From assembly GCA_049472355.1 (NCBI GenBank), contig JBLIRP010000064.1:1-24320 (forward strand): DNA of 24,320 nt. Reading direction: 5' to 3'. This document shows positions 15,990 through 24,320 of this stretch, piece after piece. The position numbers were made by a program, and so were the translations under genes. Within the stretch, counting starts at the first letter, position 1, and each line of letters opens with the position of its first letter. The notes under the pieces were generated by a model. The model was given only the letters and a program-made list of their open reading frames with translations, was not told the origin of the DNA and did not search any database. Source of the stretch: a bacterium (lineage in GTDB: Bacteria; SZUA-182; DTGQ01; JAFGSM01).

Positions 15990-17594
15990 TCAAAAACCAT
16001 AGGGATACAAACCGAGCAGGGAAAAGGGAGAAATCACGGGGAATGAAACGACCCCCGGAGAAAAAAAGGGCGGGGGCGAGGAGATAAAAAGGGGATTGGG
16101 TGAGATGAGGAATTGCTGCAAGGGGTATCCCATTGAAAGGGGAGAATATCCCTGCTGCATTCCTCCAATGCCTTCATAGGAGAACGCCGGCACATTCGCT
16201 GCCGGGTTAAAATTGGACACCAGATTTTCACCATTTCCTATGTAGGTTGCCTGTGAACCGCGAGAGGCAAACGGGCGCCATCCCGTCCCCTGCGGCATGG
16301 GCCATTGCTGAGAAATCGATCCGGTTATGTCAGAGGCCGTCGTCAGGTAATTCATGGATGTCGCCGGACTGATGCCGCCCGCTCCCCATGGGTATGACCA
16401 TACAGCCCCATGAATGGTGGGCATTATAGGATAAGGGGTAAACCCTATCCCAAACACCGGCAGCGTACCAAACCCCGCGGTCGTCGGCGCTACCGGAAAG
16501 TAGCTGCCCGTGGAAACGCTGCCTGACGGCGGCACATAGCGTTTGCCAGGCTGGATGGTGACAATCCACTCTTTCGCCTCATCCCAATCCACGTATACAT
16601 CCCGCGGTGTGGAACTCCAGGTATCGTGGTTGATGGTCCAGTAGGTGGAGGGGCGGTTCAGAGTGGGGGTATTCACAGCGGGGGTAATCAGATACCCTAT
16701 CGTCACCATCCAATGGTCGCCCCATATGGAATGGTTTGATACGCCATATAATAACGGCCTTTTATGGGCGATTTCATCCATTACAATACGAAAATCGGGA
16801 GGCTGGAGGATTGCCCTGAATTCATAATCATTGTCATACAGGGACGTATTACAGACCCGTTCGATCCCTATGGGCACAAAATCATCGTGTACCCCTCCAA
16901 GAGCCGCACTCTGGGAGGGATACTCCATTGCCCTCTGGAGTTCCTCCACGAGTTTCGCAACATCCTCAATGTTCGCAGGGTCGTTGTCCACCAGAAGGGG
17001 ATATCCGTGGGCGTCCCAATACCCCAGCACGCAGGCGGCGGCAACAGGACCACAATTTCCCGGATACGGATCCGGATACCCATAATCTACTTGCCAATAA
17101 TCAGGCACCCCCTGGATGATCATCTGGCCAATTTCGAGGTCAGGGCTGGTTACCTGAATGCTGTACTCATGAGGACCGTATTGGTTGCCCCCATTATAAT
17201 TCTCCACCTTGATAAAATAGTCACCGGCTGCAGGACACACCCAATCGACAAGGGAACTGCCATCATCCCACAAGATATCGTTGCTGTCCAGAGATTCCTC
17301 AAATTCCTCGTCATAGAGCGAGATAATCGTATACGCCGGAGGGTAGCCGGTCTTGGTAAAGATCTGGTAGCTGAGACCCTCCTCGGCAAAAAAGGTAAAC
17401 CACTGTGTTTCATCGGGAAACGAAAAGGAATATATCGCCGAGCTCCCGTTCGGGGTGAGCGATACGGCATTTGAAGGCTTGTCATCCTGTTTCTGTGCAC
17501 GCACCACCGGGGGTCCCGCCAGCATAATGGCCGCCATACCCCACAGGATCAATGTAAACACTCTATTGAAGCGTGATCCGCAGATCATCGTCAC
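15990..17594 (-). CDS. Secreted protein: PPC-like beta domain, papain-like (C39-like) peptidase, P/G/S/aromatic low-complexity tail
   Basis: Signal peptide ending VRA. WFTF..EEG.SYQI..AGDYFIKV (PPC-like). NCGPVAAA.VLGYW (Cys), DHWMVTIGY (His), HDTW (Asp). Confidence 0.75.
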   Translation of the reverse strand: MTMICGSRFNRVFTLILWGMAAIMLAGPPVVRAQKQDDKPSNAVSLTPNGSSAIYSFSFPDETQWFTFFAEEGLSYQIFTKTGYPPAYTIISLYDEEFEESLDSNDILWDDGSSLVDWVCPAAGDYFIKVENYNGGNQYGPHEYSIQVTSPDLEIGQMIIQGVPDYWQVDYGYPDPYPGNCGPVAAACVLGYWDAHGYPLLVDNDPANIEDVAKLVEELQRAMEYPSQSAALGGVHDDFVPIGIERVCNTSLYDNDYEFRAILQPPDFRIVMDEIAHKRPLLYGVSNHSIWGDHWMVTIGYLITPAVNTPTLNRPSTYWTINHDTWSSTPRDVYVDWDEAKEWIVTIQPGKRYVPPSGSVSTGSYFPVAPTTAGFGTLPVFGIGFTPYPIMPTIHGAVWSYPWGAGGISPATSMNYLTTASDITGSISQQWPMPQGTGWRPFASRGSQATYIGNGENLVSNFNPAANVPAFSYEGIGGMQQGYSPLSMGYPLQQFLISPNPLFISSPPPFFSPGVVSFPVISPFSLLGLYPYGF

Positions 17595-18786
17595 ACTCTT
17601 TTACCAGGGGGGGACTCGGCTCCTCCCATGCCCTTCCCTCTTCGTGCACTGTCTCCGGGATAAGGCCGGACACCTTCTTGAAAGGGAAACCGATCCGAAT
17701 GACGTTTCCTTGGGCGCCGCATTCCTCAACCACCATGCATCCTCCCATGGATACAATCATCCGGTAGGTGACATAGAGATCCATTGCGCTCCCATCGCGT
17801 ATGCGTGAAAAGAACCTCCCCACCAGTTCCCTGAATCCCTCCCTGGACATCCCGGGCCCCTCATCCGCATAGTCAATGCTGACCTCGTTGGTATCATCAT
17901 GCAGCGTGCACGACATGGTAATGGTCCCCGACCCACTCATTGCATTGTAGGAATGGCGAAACAGGCGCATGAAGACCTGTTCGAACCGCATCGGGTCTCC
18001 CAGCATTTCCGGTATGTCCGCCGGGATATCGGTCATCACATGGATGGATGAAAAATCCATCGTATGCTTCAAAAGAAAGAGGGAACGCTCAATCACCCGG
18101 TCAAGCCTGATGCGTTCCCGATGTTCCTCAAGTGCACGGGTGTATGCCGCCATTTGATCAATCGCCTTCACAAGCTGTTGACATTGATTCAGTATCTCTG
18201 CAAAGGAATCCCGTGCCTTTGCCAGGTGTACTGCGTCATCCCCCATCTTCGCCAGGTTCATTTCCGCATGCAGGCTGATGACGGTAATGGGATTCCTGAT
18301 CTCATGGGCGAATACGTTCGTCAGTTCCCCTATGTTCAGAAAACCTTCCATGCCGCACCTGTCTTTGAGCAAACGCACCTGTTCCCTTTCAAGAATATGA
18401 TGTTCGATCGCCCTCCTCATCTTCAGCTTCAGACGATCATACGGATAGGGGTGCATGATGTACGCGTAGATATTCCTGCGGTCTATGTCCTCAGCCAGGG
18501 TCATGGCATCGTCTGCATGAAGGAGAATAATGCTTATGATATGCGGATGCTCCTTGCGAAGCGTATCGAGAAATCCGGGGGCACATAGATGCCGCCCGAC
18601 CACTATAACCGCCAGGCGAGGGGTACGGCTCACAAAGGTACGTGCCTCATCGTGAGAATGGGCAATAAGAACGGAAAAGGATGTCCCGAGCCTCTTCCTG
18701 TATAGGGAAAGTTCCCCCTCGCGATCGTCGACAAAGAGAATGGGAAAATCCCGGTAATTAATCTCTCCCCCCACCGGCTGATCCAT
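17563..18786 (-). CDS. Degenerate hybrid histidine kinase (pseudo-receiver, HisKA, degenerate HATPase)
   Basis: ILFVDD receiver start, FAHEIRNP H-box, DEGPGM G1 box. N and G2 boxes are altered. Confidence 0.85.
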   Translation of the reverse strand: MDQPVGGEINYRDFPILFVDDREGELSLYRKRLGTSFSVLIAHSHDEARTFVSRTPRLAVIVVGRHLCAPGFLDTLRKEHPHIISIILLHADDAMTLAEDIDRRNIYAYIMHPYPYDRLKLKMRRAIEHHILEREQVRLLKDRCGMEGFLNIGELTNVFAHEIRNPITVISLHAEMNLAKMGDDAVHLAKARDSFAEILNQCQQLVKAIDQMAAYTRALEEHRERIRLDRVIERSLFLLKHTMDFSSIHVMTDIPADIPEMLGDPMRFEQVFMRLFRHSYNAMSGSGTITMSCTLHDDTNEVSIDYADEGPGMSREGFRELVGRFFSRIRDGSAMDLYVTYRMIVSMGGCMVVEECGAQGNVIRIGFPFKKVSGLIPETVHEEGRAWEEPSPPLVKECDDDLRITLQ

Positions 18787-19453
18787 CTCTATCTCCGCTT
18801 AGACCTTGCACAAACTCCCATTTCTTCCGTATCCTCTCGTCTCGTTCAGTCTCATGCACGCCGCTTCGTGCCCGCAGGCCACTATAACAAAGCCGCTTCG
18901 CCGCTTCTTGATCCATAATGGCCATGTCTGATGTCCTCACGAACAGACTTTCTCCACGGTTCGGTGAATGCATCTCTACCCAGAGTTCCAACGGCGCCGG
19001 ATAGACATGTCCTGCCACCTCCCAATCCCCCGCGGCAGTCAGCTCCTCGATCAGTTTCATGATCCTCGTGATGTTGAGAATATAATCCGGCCATCCGCGG
19101 TGCATTTGAATGACCGGCACATGAGAGGTATTCGCCCCTGCCACCACGGTCACTATCCCCTCCCCCTTACTGTATCCCCGATACAAGGAAAGCGGGTCCT
19201 TCCAATTTGCATTGTTCAGCAACGGGGATTCGGGCTCACCCAACAAAAACATATAGGCCTGCGGTTGCCGGTCGCAATCCACCAGTACCTCGGTGTGGAG
19301 ATGCACGAGCCTTCCGAATGCCTCTTGAGCATAATGGAGCGCACCGAGCAGGGCGGTCCTCTCGTCTACTTCCTGGGATAATCCTGCGTAGGGGACACTG
19401 AGAATAAGGATGCTCAGAACGGGGATTGATATGAATCGTGTAACGATCCTCAC
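18758..19453 (-). CDS. Secreted hypothetical protein, possibly peptidase prodomain-like
   Basis: GTG start with GAGG SD and an N-terminal signal peptide. Overlaps the next gene. Confidence 0.7.
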   Translation of the reverse strand: MRIVTRFISIPVLSILILSVPYAGLSQEVDERTALLGALHYAQEAFGRLVHLHTEVLVDCDRQPQAYMFLLGEPESPLLNNANWKDPLSLYRGYSKGEGIVTVVAGANTSHVPVIQMHRGWPDYILNITRIMKLIEELTAAGDWEVAGHVYPAPLELWVEMHSPNRGESLFVRTSDMAIMDQEAAKRLCYSGLRARSGVHETERDERIRKKWEFVQGLSGDRDGSAGGGRD

Positions 19454-19705
19454 AGTGCTGTCCTCTCGTTAAGGATGTATAGTCTTATAGAAAGGACGGA
19501 TTCCGGTGATAATCCCTTATTCGACGGCACAGGGAGGGATGAAGCGGTGGGGACTTTTACAGGATTTTTATGACCTCGTATGAAACATTTTCCCATGTGG
19601 GCACGGAAAATGGAGTGACACACGATTAATGAAACATCCTCTCGGTGCAGCCTGCTTTATTATGTCTTTTCACAGGAGCGACACCTTTTCCGGGTGGAAC
19701 GGACC

Positions 19706-20086
19706 TCATACCTTGTCATTTCTCTCAAGGACTTCTCTGACCACCCGCTTCAATTCCTCGATTTGAATGGATTTGCTCAGGAATTCAAAGGCACCCAACA
19801 ACTTTGCCTTGTTTACATTTTCCTTGCCGGTGTATGCGGTAATGACAACGACCTTGAGATCGGGTCGGTTCTGCTCAATATAATCCAGGAATTCCATACC
19901 GCTCATCTTTGGCATCTTGAGATCCGTCAAGATAAGGTCGAAATCCTCATTTTCGATGGAGGACAAGGCACTCCTGCCATCTGTGGCTGTCTTTACCTCG
20001 TACCCCTCATCCTCGAGGATATCCTGCAAAACAGCCCTCATACCCACATCGTCGTCGATAAGAAGGATACGTTTGGCGGCCATCAT
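19706..20086 (-). CDS. Single-domain response regulator (CheY-like)
   Basis: ILLIDDD, DLILTDLKMP, ITAY and FLSK are all canonical. AGGAGG SD. Confidence 0.95.
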   Translation of the reverse strand: MMAAKRILLIDDDVGMRAVLQDILEDEGYEVKTATDGRSALSSIENEDFDLILTDLKMPKMSGMEFLDYIEQNRPDLKVVVITAYTGKENVNKAKLLGAFEFLSKSIQIEELKRVVREVLERNDKV

Positions 20087-20299
20087 CTACCTCCTATACA
20101 ATTCAAAAAGGTGCGGCTTCCCTTTCTTCGTGTTTTCGACAGTTCCCCCCCCCTCTCAACGCACTCCTCAATCTGGCGAGGTCGATGAGATGAAACCACC
20201 AGGAGGAATCGTACCCCTACTCGGGCTATACCCGTTATATGCAAATGGCACAGAATAAAAAATGGCAGTGCAATTTAATGGTATAATGACCTAAAAAAA

Positions 20300-20433
20300 G
20301 GGGATTGTCAAGATGAAACGCACATGAGCCGGATGAAACTGCGAATATCGAATGTAGAATGTGGAAGTGAAACGCAGATGAGCCTTCGGCTCACAAAGAG
20401 GCATGAAAATCCTGGGGGATTGTCAAGATGAAA
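20300..20433. repeat. 19-bp direct repeats flanking a 96-bp repetitive segment
   Basis: GGGGATTGTCAAGATGAAA at 20300-20318 and 20415-20433. Also TGAAACGCA(C/G)ATGAGCC twice, GAATNNN heptamers and a TGAGCC-TTC-GGCTCA hairpin. Confidence 0.75.
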
Positions 20434-20568
20434 TAATTGCATGGAGGTCTTTACGGGTGTCATGCTGCACTTTTTGCTGAACCCCCGTTATCTTTATGGA
20501 GTCTCCCCGGCACCCATTAGTGAACATGGCGGGGGCATTATACATGTACCGCACAGAGCGCAGATGCC

Positions 20569-20949
20569 CTATTCCGGCGACTCGAAAATGACCATGGCTA
20601 TCGCCTGCGGATCATCGTGGGTAATGGAAAGGTGCGTCCTGGTGATGCCCATCTCCCTCATGAGGATCGCCGCCCGCCCATGCATGGCAAGATGCGGCCG
20701 ACCGGAGCCGGAATGGGTGACCTCGATATCAGACCATCCCACCCCCCCGATGCCATCGCCGAATGCCTTTCTCGCCGCCTCTTTTGCCGCAAAGATCCCG
20801 GCGAGGTGCGGGAAGGGATTCCTCTTTTTGCCTGCATACGCCTTCTCATCTTCAGTGAATATCCGATTCATAAATGCGTCGCCCAGGCGCGTACAGGCCC
20901 TTCTGATTCTCTCGATGGCGATCAGGTCAATGCCGATGCCTCGTATCAT
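20569..20949 (-). CDS. acpS: Holo-[acyl-carrier-protein] synthase
   Basis: GIGIDL, RIFT..E, FAAKEA..KA.G, GRP and LSITHD motifs. Confidence 0.96.
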   Translation of the reverse strand: MIRGIGIDLIAIERIRRACTRLGDAFMNRIFTEDEKAYAGKKRNPFPHLAGIFAAKEAARKAFGDGIGGVGWSDIEVTHSGSGRPHLAMHGRAAILMREMGITRTHLSITHDDPQAIAMVIFESPE

Positions 20950-22999
20950 GCCCTGTTCTCCTTCTCCTCCGGGTATCCTGTCGTCCCCCTGAATGGATTT
21001 CGACGGTCATTGACGTGTTTCCGGCAAGTGCCGCGATCTCATCCCGAATCCTGGCCGCATCTTCAAATCGTAACTCCCGCGCGTACGCCTCCATCCTTTT
21101 CCGCAACCGGCCGGCATAGTCCTCGATGGATTCCTTGTCAGCCCGGTAGGGGACGCCCTCCTCCTTGACCAGGCTGGGGGTGTAGTAGTCCGCCTCGTAT
21201 ATCGACTGCAGGAGATCACCGATCGATTTTTTGATGGATTCCGGGGTGATGCGGTGCTCCCGATTATATGCCATCTGCATCTGCCTGCGCCGCTGCGTCT
21301 CCTCGATCGCGCTCCGCATTGAAGGGGTGATGCGGTCGGCATACATGAGCACCTGACCGTTCACGTTCCGTGCCGCCCTCCCGGCGGTCTGGATGAGGGA
21401 GGTGGTGGAGCGGAGGAAGCCCTCCTTATCCGCATCCAGTATCGCCACCAGAGACACCTCGGGTAAATCGAGGCCCTCCCTGAGCAGGTTCACCCCGATG
21501 AGACAATCAAACCTTCCCATGCGAAGGTCCCGCAGGATCTCCGTCCGTTCGATGGTGTCGATCTCGGAATGGAGATAGCGGACCCTGAGGTCCAGATTCT
21601 GATAGTATTCGGTCAGATCCTCCGCCATCCTCTTGGTCAGCGTGGTCACCAGCACGCGCTCGTTCCGCCGGATCCTGGACCTGATCTCCGCAAGGAGATC
21701 CTCCACCTGATTGGCGGCGGGTCTGACAATGAGTTCCGGATCCATAAGCCCGGTGGGCCGGATGATCTGTTCCACCACCCTCCCCTGTGCCATGGTCAGT
21801 TCATACCCGGCCGGGGTGGCTGAGACATAGATGCACTGGTGCACCTTCGCGCAGAATTCGTCAAAACTGAGCGGACGATTGTCATAGGCGGAGGGGAGAC
21901 GGAAGCCGAACTCCACAAGGCTCTTTTTCCGCGATCGGTCACCCTCGAGCATTCCCCGCACCTGGGGGATGGTCACGTGGGACTCATCGATGATCACCAG
22001 TTTATCCGGAGGAAAGTAATCAAGGAGGGTATGGGGAGGCTCACCCGGGCCTCGTCCATCCATATGACGGGAATAGTTCTCTATCCCGTGGCAATAGCCG
22101 ATCTCCTGCATCATCTCCAGATCATACCGGGTCCTCTGCTCAAGCCGCTGCGCCTCAAGGAGTTTTCCCTCGTCCCTCAACACACGCAGCCTTCCGGCGA
22201 GTTCCTCGCGTATGCCCTCCACCGCCCGCAGCATCTTCTCCCTGGGGAGGACATAGTGACTGTTGGGATAGATGAACACGCGATTCAGTGGCTGCTTCTT
22301 CATCCCGGTCACCGGGTCCAGGGAATGGAGCGCCTCCACTTCATCCCCGAACAAGCCTATGCGAATCGCCTCAAATCCGTATGCAGGGAATATCTCCACC
22401 ACATCACCCCGCACCCGGAAGGTGCCCCGCCTGAAATCGATGTCATTCCGCTCGTACTGCATGCGCACAAATTCCTCGAGGATGCTGCGCCGGTCAATGG
22501 CCTGTCCCTTTTCCAGGACAAAGCTCATATGAAGATATTCCTCGGGGGAGCCGAGGCCGTAGATGCAGGAAACGCTCGCCACCACGATCACGTCACGGCG
22601 GTCCAGGAGGGAACGGGTGGCTGAATGCCTCATCCGGTCGATATCCTCGTTGATGGAGGAATCCTTTTCGATGTAGGTGTCCGTGTGTGCTATGTACGCC
22701 TCCGGTTGATAGTAATCGTAGTAGCTGACAAAGTACTCTACCGCATTATCGGGGAAAAAGGCCTTGCATTCCGCATAGAGCTGGGCTGCCAGTGTCTTGT
22801 TATGGGAGATGATGAGGGTGGGCCGCTGAACCTGCTCGATGAGGTTGGCCATGGTAAACGTCTTGCCTGAGCCGGTGACACCCAGGAGTACCACATGGGG
22901 AGAGCCTGAGAGAACCTCCCGGACGATCAATGTGATGGCCTGTATTTGGTCCCCCTGTGGTTGGAACGGGGACACCAATCTGAATGGTGACATGCTCAT
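20927..22999 (-). CDS. uvrB: Excinuclease ABC subunit UvrB (start likely 22999 or 22993)
   Basis: [53 protein letters not shown] and C-terminal FEDAARIRD. Confidence 0.98.
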   Translation of the reverse strand: MSMSPFRLVSPFQPQGDQIQAITLIVREVLSGSPHVVLLGVTGSGKTFTMANLIEQVQRPTLIISHNKTLAAQLYAECKAFFPDNAVEYFVSYYDYYQPEAYIAHTDTYIEKDSSINEDIDRMRHSATRSLLDRRDVIVVASVSCIYGLGSPEEYLHMSFVLEKGQAIDRRSILEEFVRMQYERNDIDFRRGTFRVRGDVVEIFPAYGFEAIRIGLFGDEVEALHSLDPVTGMKKQPLNRVFIYPNSHYVLPREKMLRAVEGIREELAGRLRVLRDEGKLLEAQRLEQRTRYDLEMMQEIGYCHGIENYSRHMDGRGPGEPPHTLLDYFPPDKLVIIDESHVTIPQVRGMLEGDRSRKKSLVEFGFRLPSAYDNRPLSFDEFCAKVHQCIYVSATPAGYELTMAQGRVVEQIIRPTGLMDPELIVRPAANQVEDLLAEIRSRIRRNERVLVTTLTKRMAEDLTEYYQNLDLRVRYLHSEIDTIERTEILRDLRMGRFDCLIGVNLLREGLDLPEVSLVAILDADKEGFLRSTTSLIQTAGRAARNVNGQVLMYADRITPSMRSAIEETQRRRQMQMAYNREHRITPESIKKSIGDLLQSIYEADYYTPSLVKEEGVPYRADKESIEDYAGRLRKRMEAYARELRFEDAARIRDEIAALAGNTSMTVEIHSGGRQDTRRRRRTGHDTRHRH

Positions 23000-23108
23000 C
23001 CGCCCCTTTGCAGCGCACGATTCCAAGCGTATCCGGATTCAATCGTGTGGGGTGCCATGAATCCCCTCCATCGCCTCCCTGCGTGTGCATGAATCAATGC
23101 GGATACTA

Positions 23109-23660
23109 TTAGTGCGGGCGTCGCGTCCACCAATGCACCCCGATGAGGGCAACGGCACAAAACAGCAGAACCAGGGCCCAACGGATCTTCTGTGACGACA
23201 GGGAATGCGCAACGGGATACCCCGGGTGCACCCTGGTGATCCCACTGGCATGGATGTCGGTTTCACCACCATGGGTCCCGCAGGCACGATAAAAGGTACC
23301 CTCCACCTTTATTATATCACCTTGTGTTGTATATCCGCCTACGTACTTCATTGTGGGCATGATCCCCCTGGGAACCCATACCCCGATGCTCTCCGTTCCA
23401 TCATCCACATTGAGCCATACCCCGGCGCTGCGCTCCATGACGTCGCCGACCACCTCTCCCTGTATGGTAATCTCCCGGCCGTCGTAAAGCTTCTTGTCAT
23501 TGACCAGCCGGGTGACAGGAACCGTTCCTGCACATGCATCGGAGAGGAGGATAGACCGCGGAAGGGACAATGCCGCCAGCATGACCAGGACAAGGCAGGA
23601 TAGTGCATAGAGGACACGGAACCTTCTTCCGGAGCATGGAGAGATCCCTGTGTGGTTCAT
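23109..23660 (-). CDS. Membrane-anchored OB-fold-like protein
   Basis: N- and C-terminal hydrophobic segments, YDGREITIQGEVVGD, GDIIKVEGTF..AC..HGGETDIH. ATGA overlap with trkH. Confidence 0.7.
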   Translation of the reverse strand: MNHTGISPCSGRRFRVLYALSCLVLVMLAALSLPRSILLSDACAGTVPVTRLVNDKKLYDGREITIQGEVVGDVMERSAGVWLNVDDGTESIGVWVPRGIMPTMKYVGGYTTQGDIIKVEGTFYRACGTHGGETDIHASGITRVHPGYPVAHSLSSQKIRWALVLLFCAVALIGVHWWTRRPH

Positions 23661-24320
23661 CGAGCCCCCCCTATGATGCTTCCGATAAACCCGAAAAGGG
23701 CAAAGAGGGCCATGAATTCAAGCCTGCCCGCCCACATGGCAAAGATGTACACCACCTTGATCAAGGCGGGCATCGCCGGAAGGGTAAGACCGCAGCTCAG
23801 CCCGGTGTTGCTCGCTGCGGACACCCCTTCGAACATGGCCTCCATAAAGGGATACCCCTCCGATACCGCAACGAAGGTCGACAGCAGGTAGAGCCCGATA
23901 TAGGAGAGAACGATCAGCATGACCATCCGGATGTATTCATCCGTGAGTACGGTGTCCCTGATATGATGGAATTTTTGTACCAGTACGGAGGACTCGGGAG
24001 AGATGAGGCGGCGGATATTCTCCACCAGCCCGGTAAAAATCACCCCTATCCTCAGGTTCTTGAATCCGCCTGCGGTTGAGCAGGCGCTTCCCCCGATGGT
24101 CATGGCTATGATAAGCCCCAGGTAGGAGAGGAATCCCCACTCCCCCAGCCAGGTTGAGCCGTAAATGGTCATGTTTCCCGTGGTGGTATGGGCGGAGGCG
24201 AGATGATAGAATCCCCTCCTCCATGAGGCCCACAGGGTGGGATATACCCCCAGCCGTTCCAGCCCGAAAAGGACAAAGGCGGAGGTGATGAGCACGGTGC
24301 AGGTGAAGGAGATGATCTCC
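23657..24320 (-). CDS. trkH: TrkH family potassium uptake permease, 3' part
   Basis: SAHTTTG, IGGSACSTAGGFK, SAASNTGLS and MWAGRLE motifs. The frame stays open to the window edge. Confidence 0.92.
   Translation of the reverse strand, partial: EIISFTCTVLITSAFVLFGLERLGVYPTLWASWRRGFYHLASAHTTTGNMTIYGSTWLGEWGFLSYLGLIIAMTIGGSACSTAGGFKNLRIGVIFTGLVENIRRLISPESSVLVQKFHHIRDTVLTDEYIRMVMLIVLSYIGLYLLSTFVAVSEGYPFMEAMFEGVSAASNTGLSCGLTLPAMPALIKVVYIFAMWAGRLEFMALFALFGFIGSIIGGAR

Noticed and set aside
20190..20258. LLGLYP peptide echoing the peptidase C-terminus, and nearby TGGCAC as a sigma54 site
   Set aside because: The match is short and likely coincidental. TGGCAC lacks TTGC at the required spacing.
1..24320. 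CRISPR array, tRNA, rRNA, integrase or transposase
   Set aside because: I found no regularly spaced repeat-spacer array and no such genes or motifs by eye.

Overview
Bacterial chromosomal window of moderately high GC. I cannot determine the taxon from this sequence alone. Housekeeping genes, left to right: the start of the dcw cluster (mraZ-rsmH-ftsL-ftsI-murE, minus strand), divergent rsmI, a P-loop hypothetical, a ROK kinase, a shikimate operon (aroD-aroE fusion, aroA, aroC), and, after an accessory block, acpS, uvrB, an OB-fold membrane protein and a partial trkH. Most unusual: a 2930-bp insert with no integrase sits exactly at the aroE/aroA ATGA junction. It is bounded by ~120-bp direct repeats with a 45-bp identical core, and the differences in the aroA portion are almost all synonymous. 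This fits single-crossover integration of a circle carrying a foreign allele of the junction. The insert is a collapsed type I restriction-modification locus: about 8 short, colinear fragments of hsdM, a RecG-like gene, hsdS and hsdR around one intact Schlafen/AlbA_2-HATPase gene. Also notable: two copies of a ~205-bp hairpin element with compensatory changes, a structured ~255-nt leader of the aro operon, a probable sigma54-driven 59-aa membrane protein missing from the ORF track, and an overlapping three-gene operon (secreted protein, degenerate hybrid kinase, secreted papain-like peptidase).
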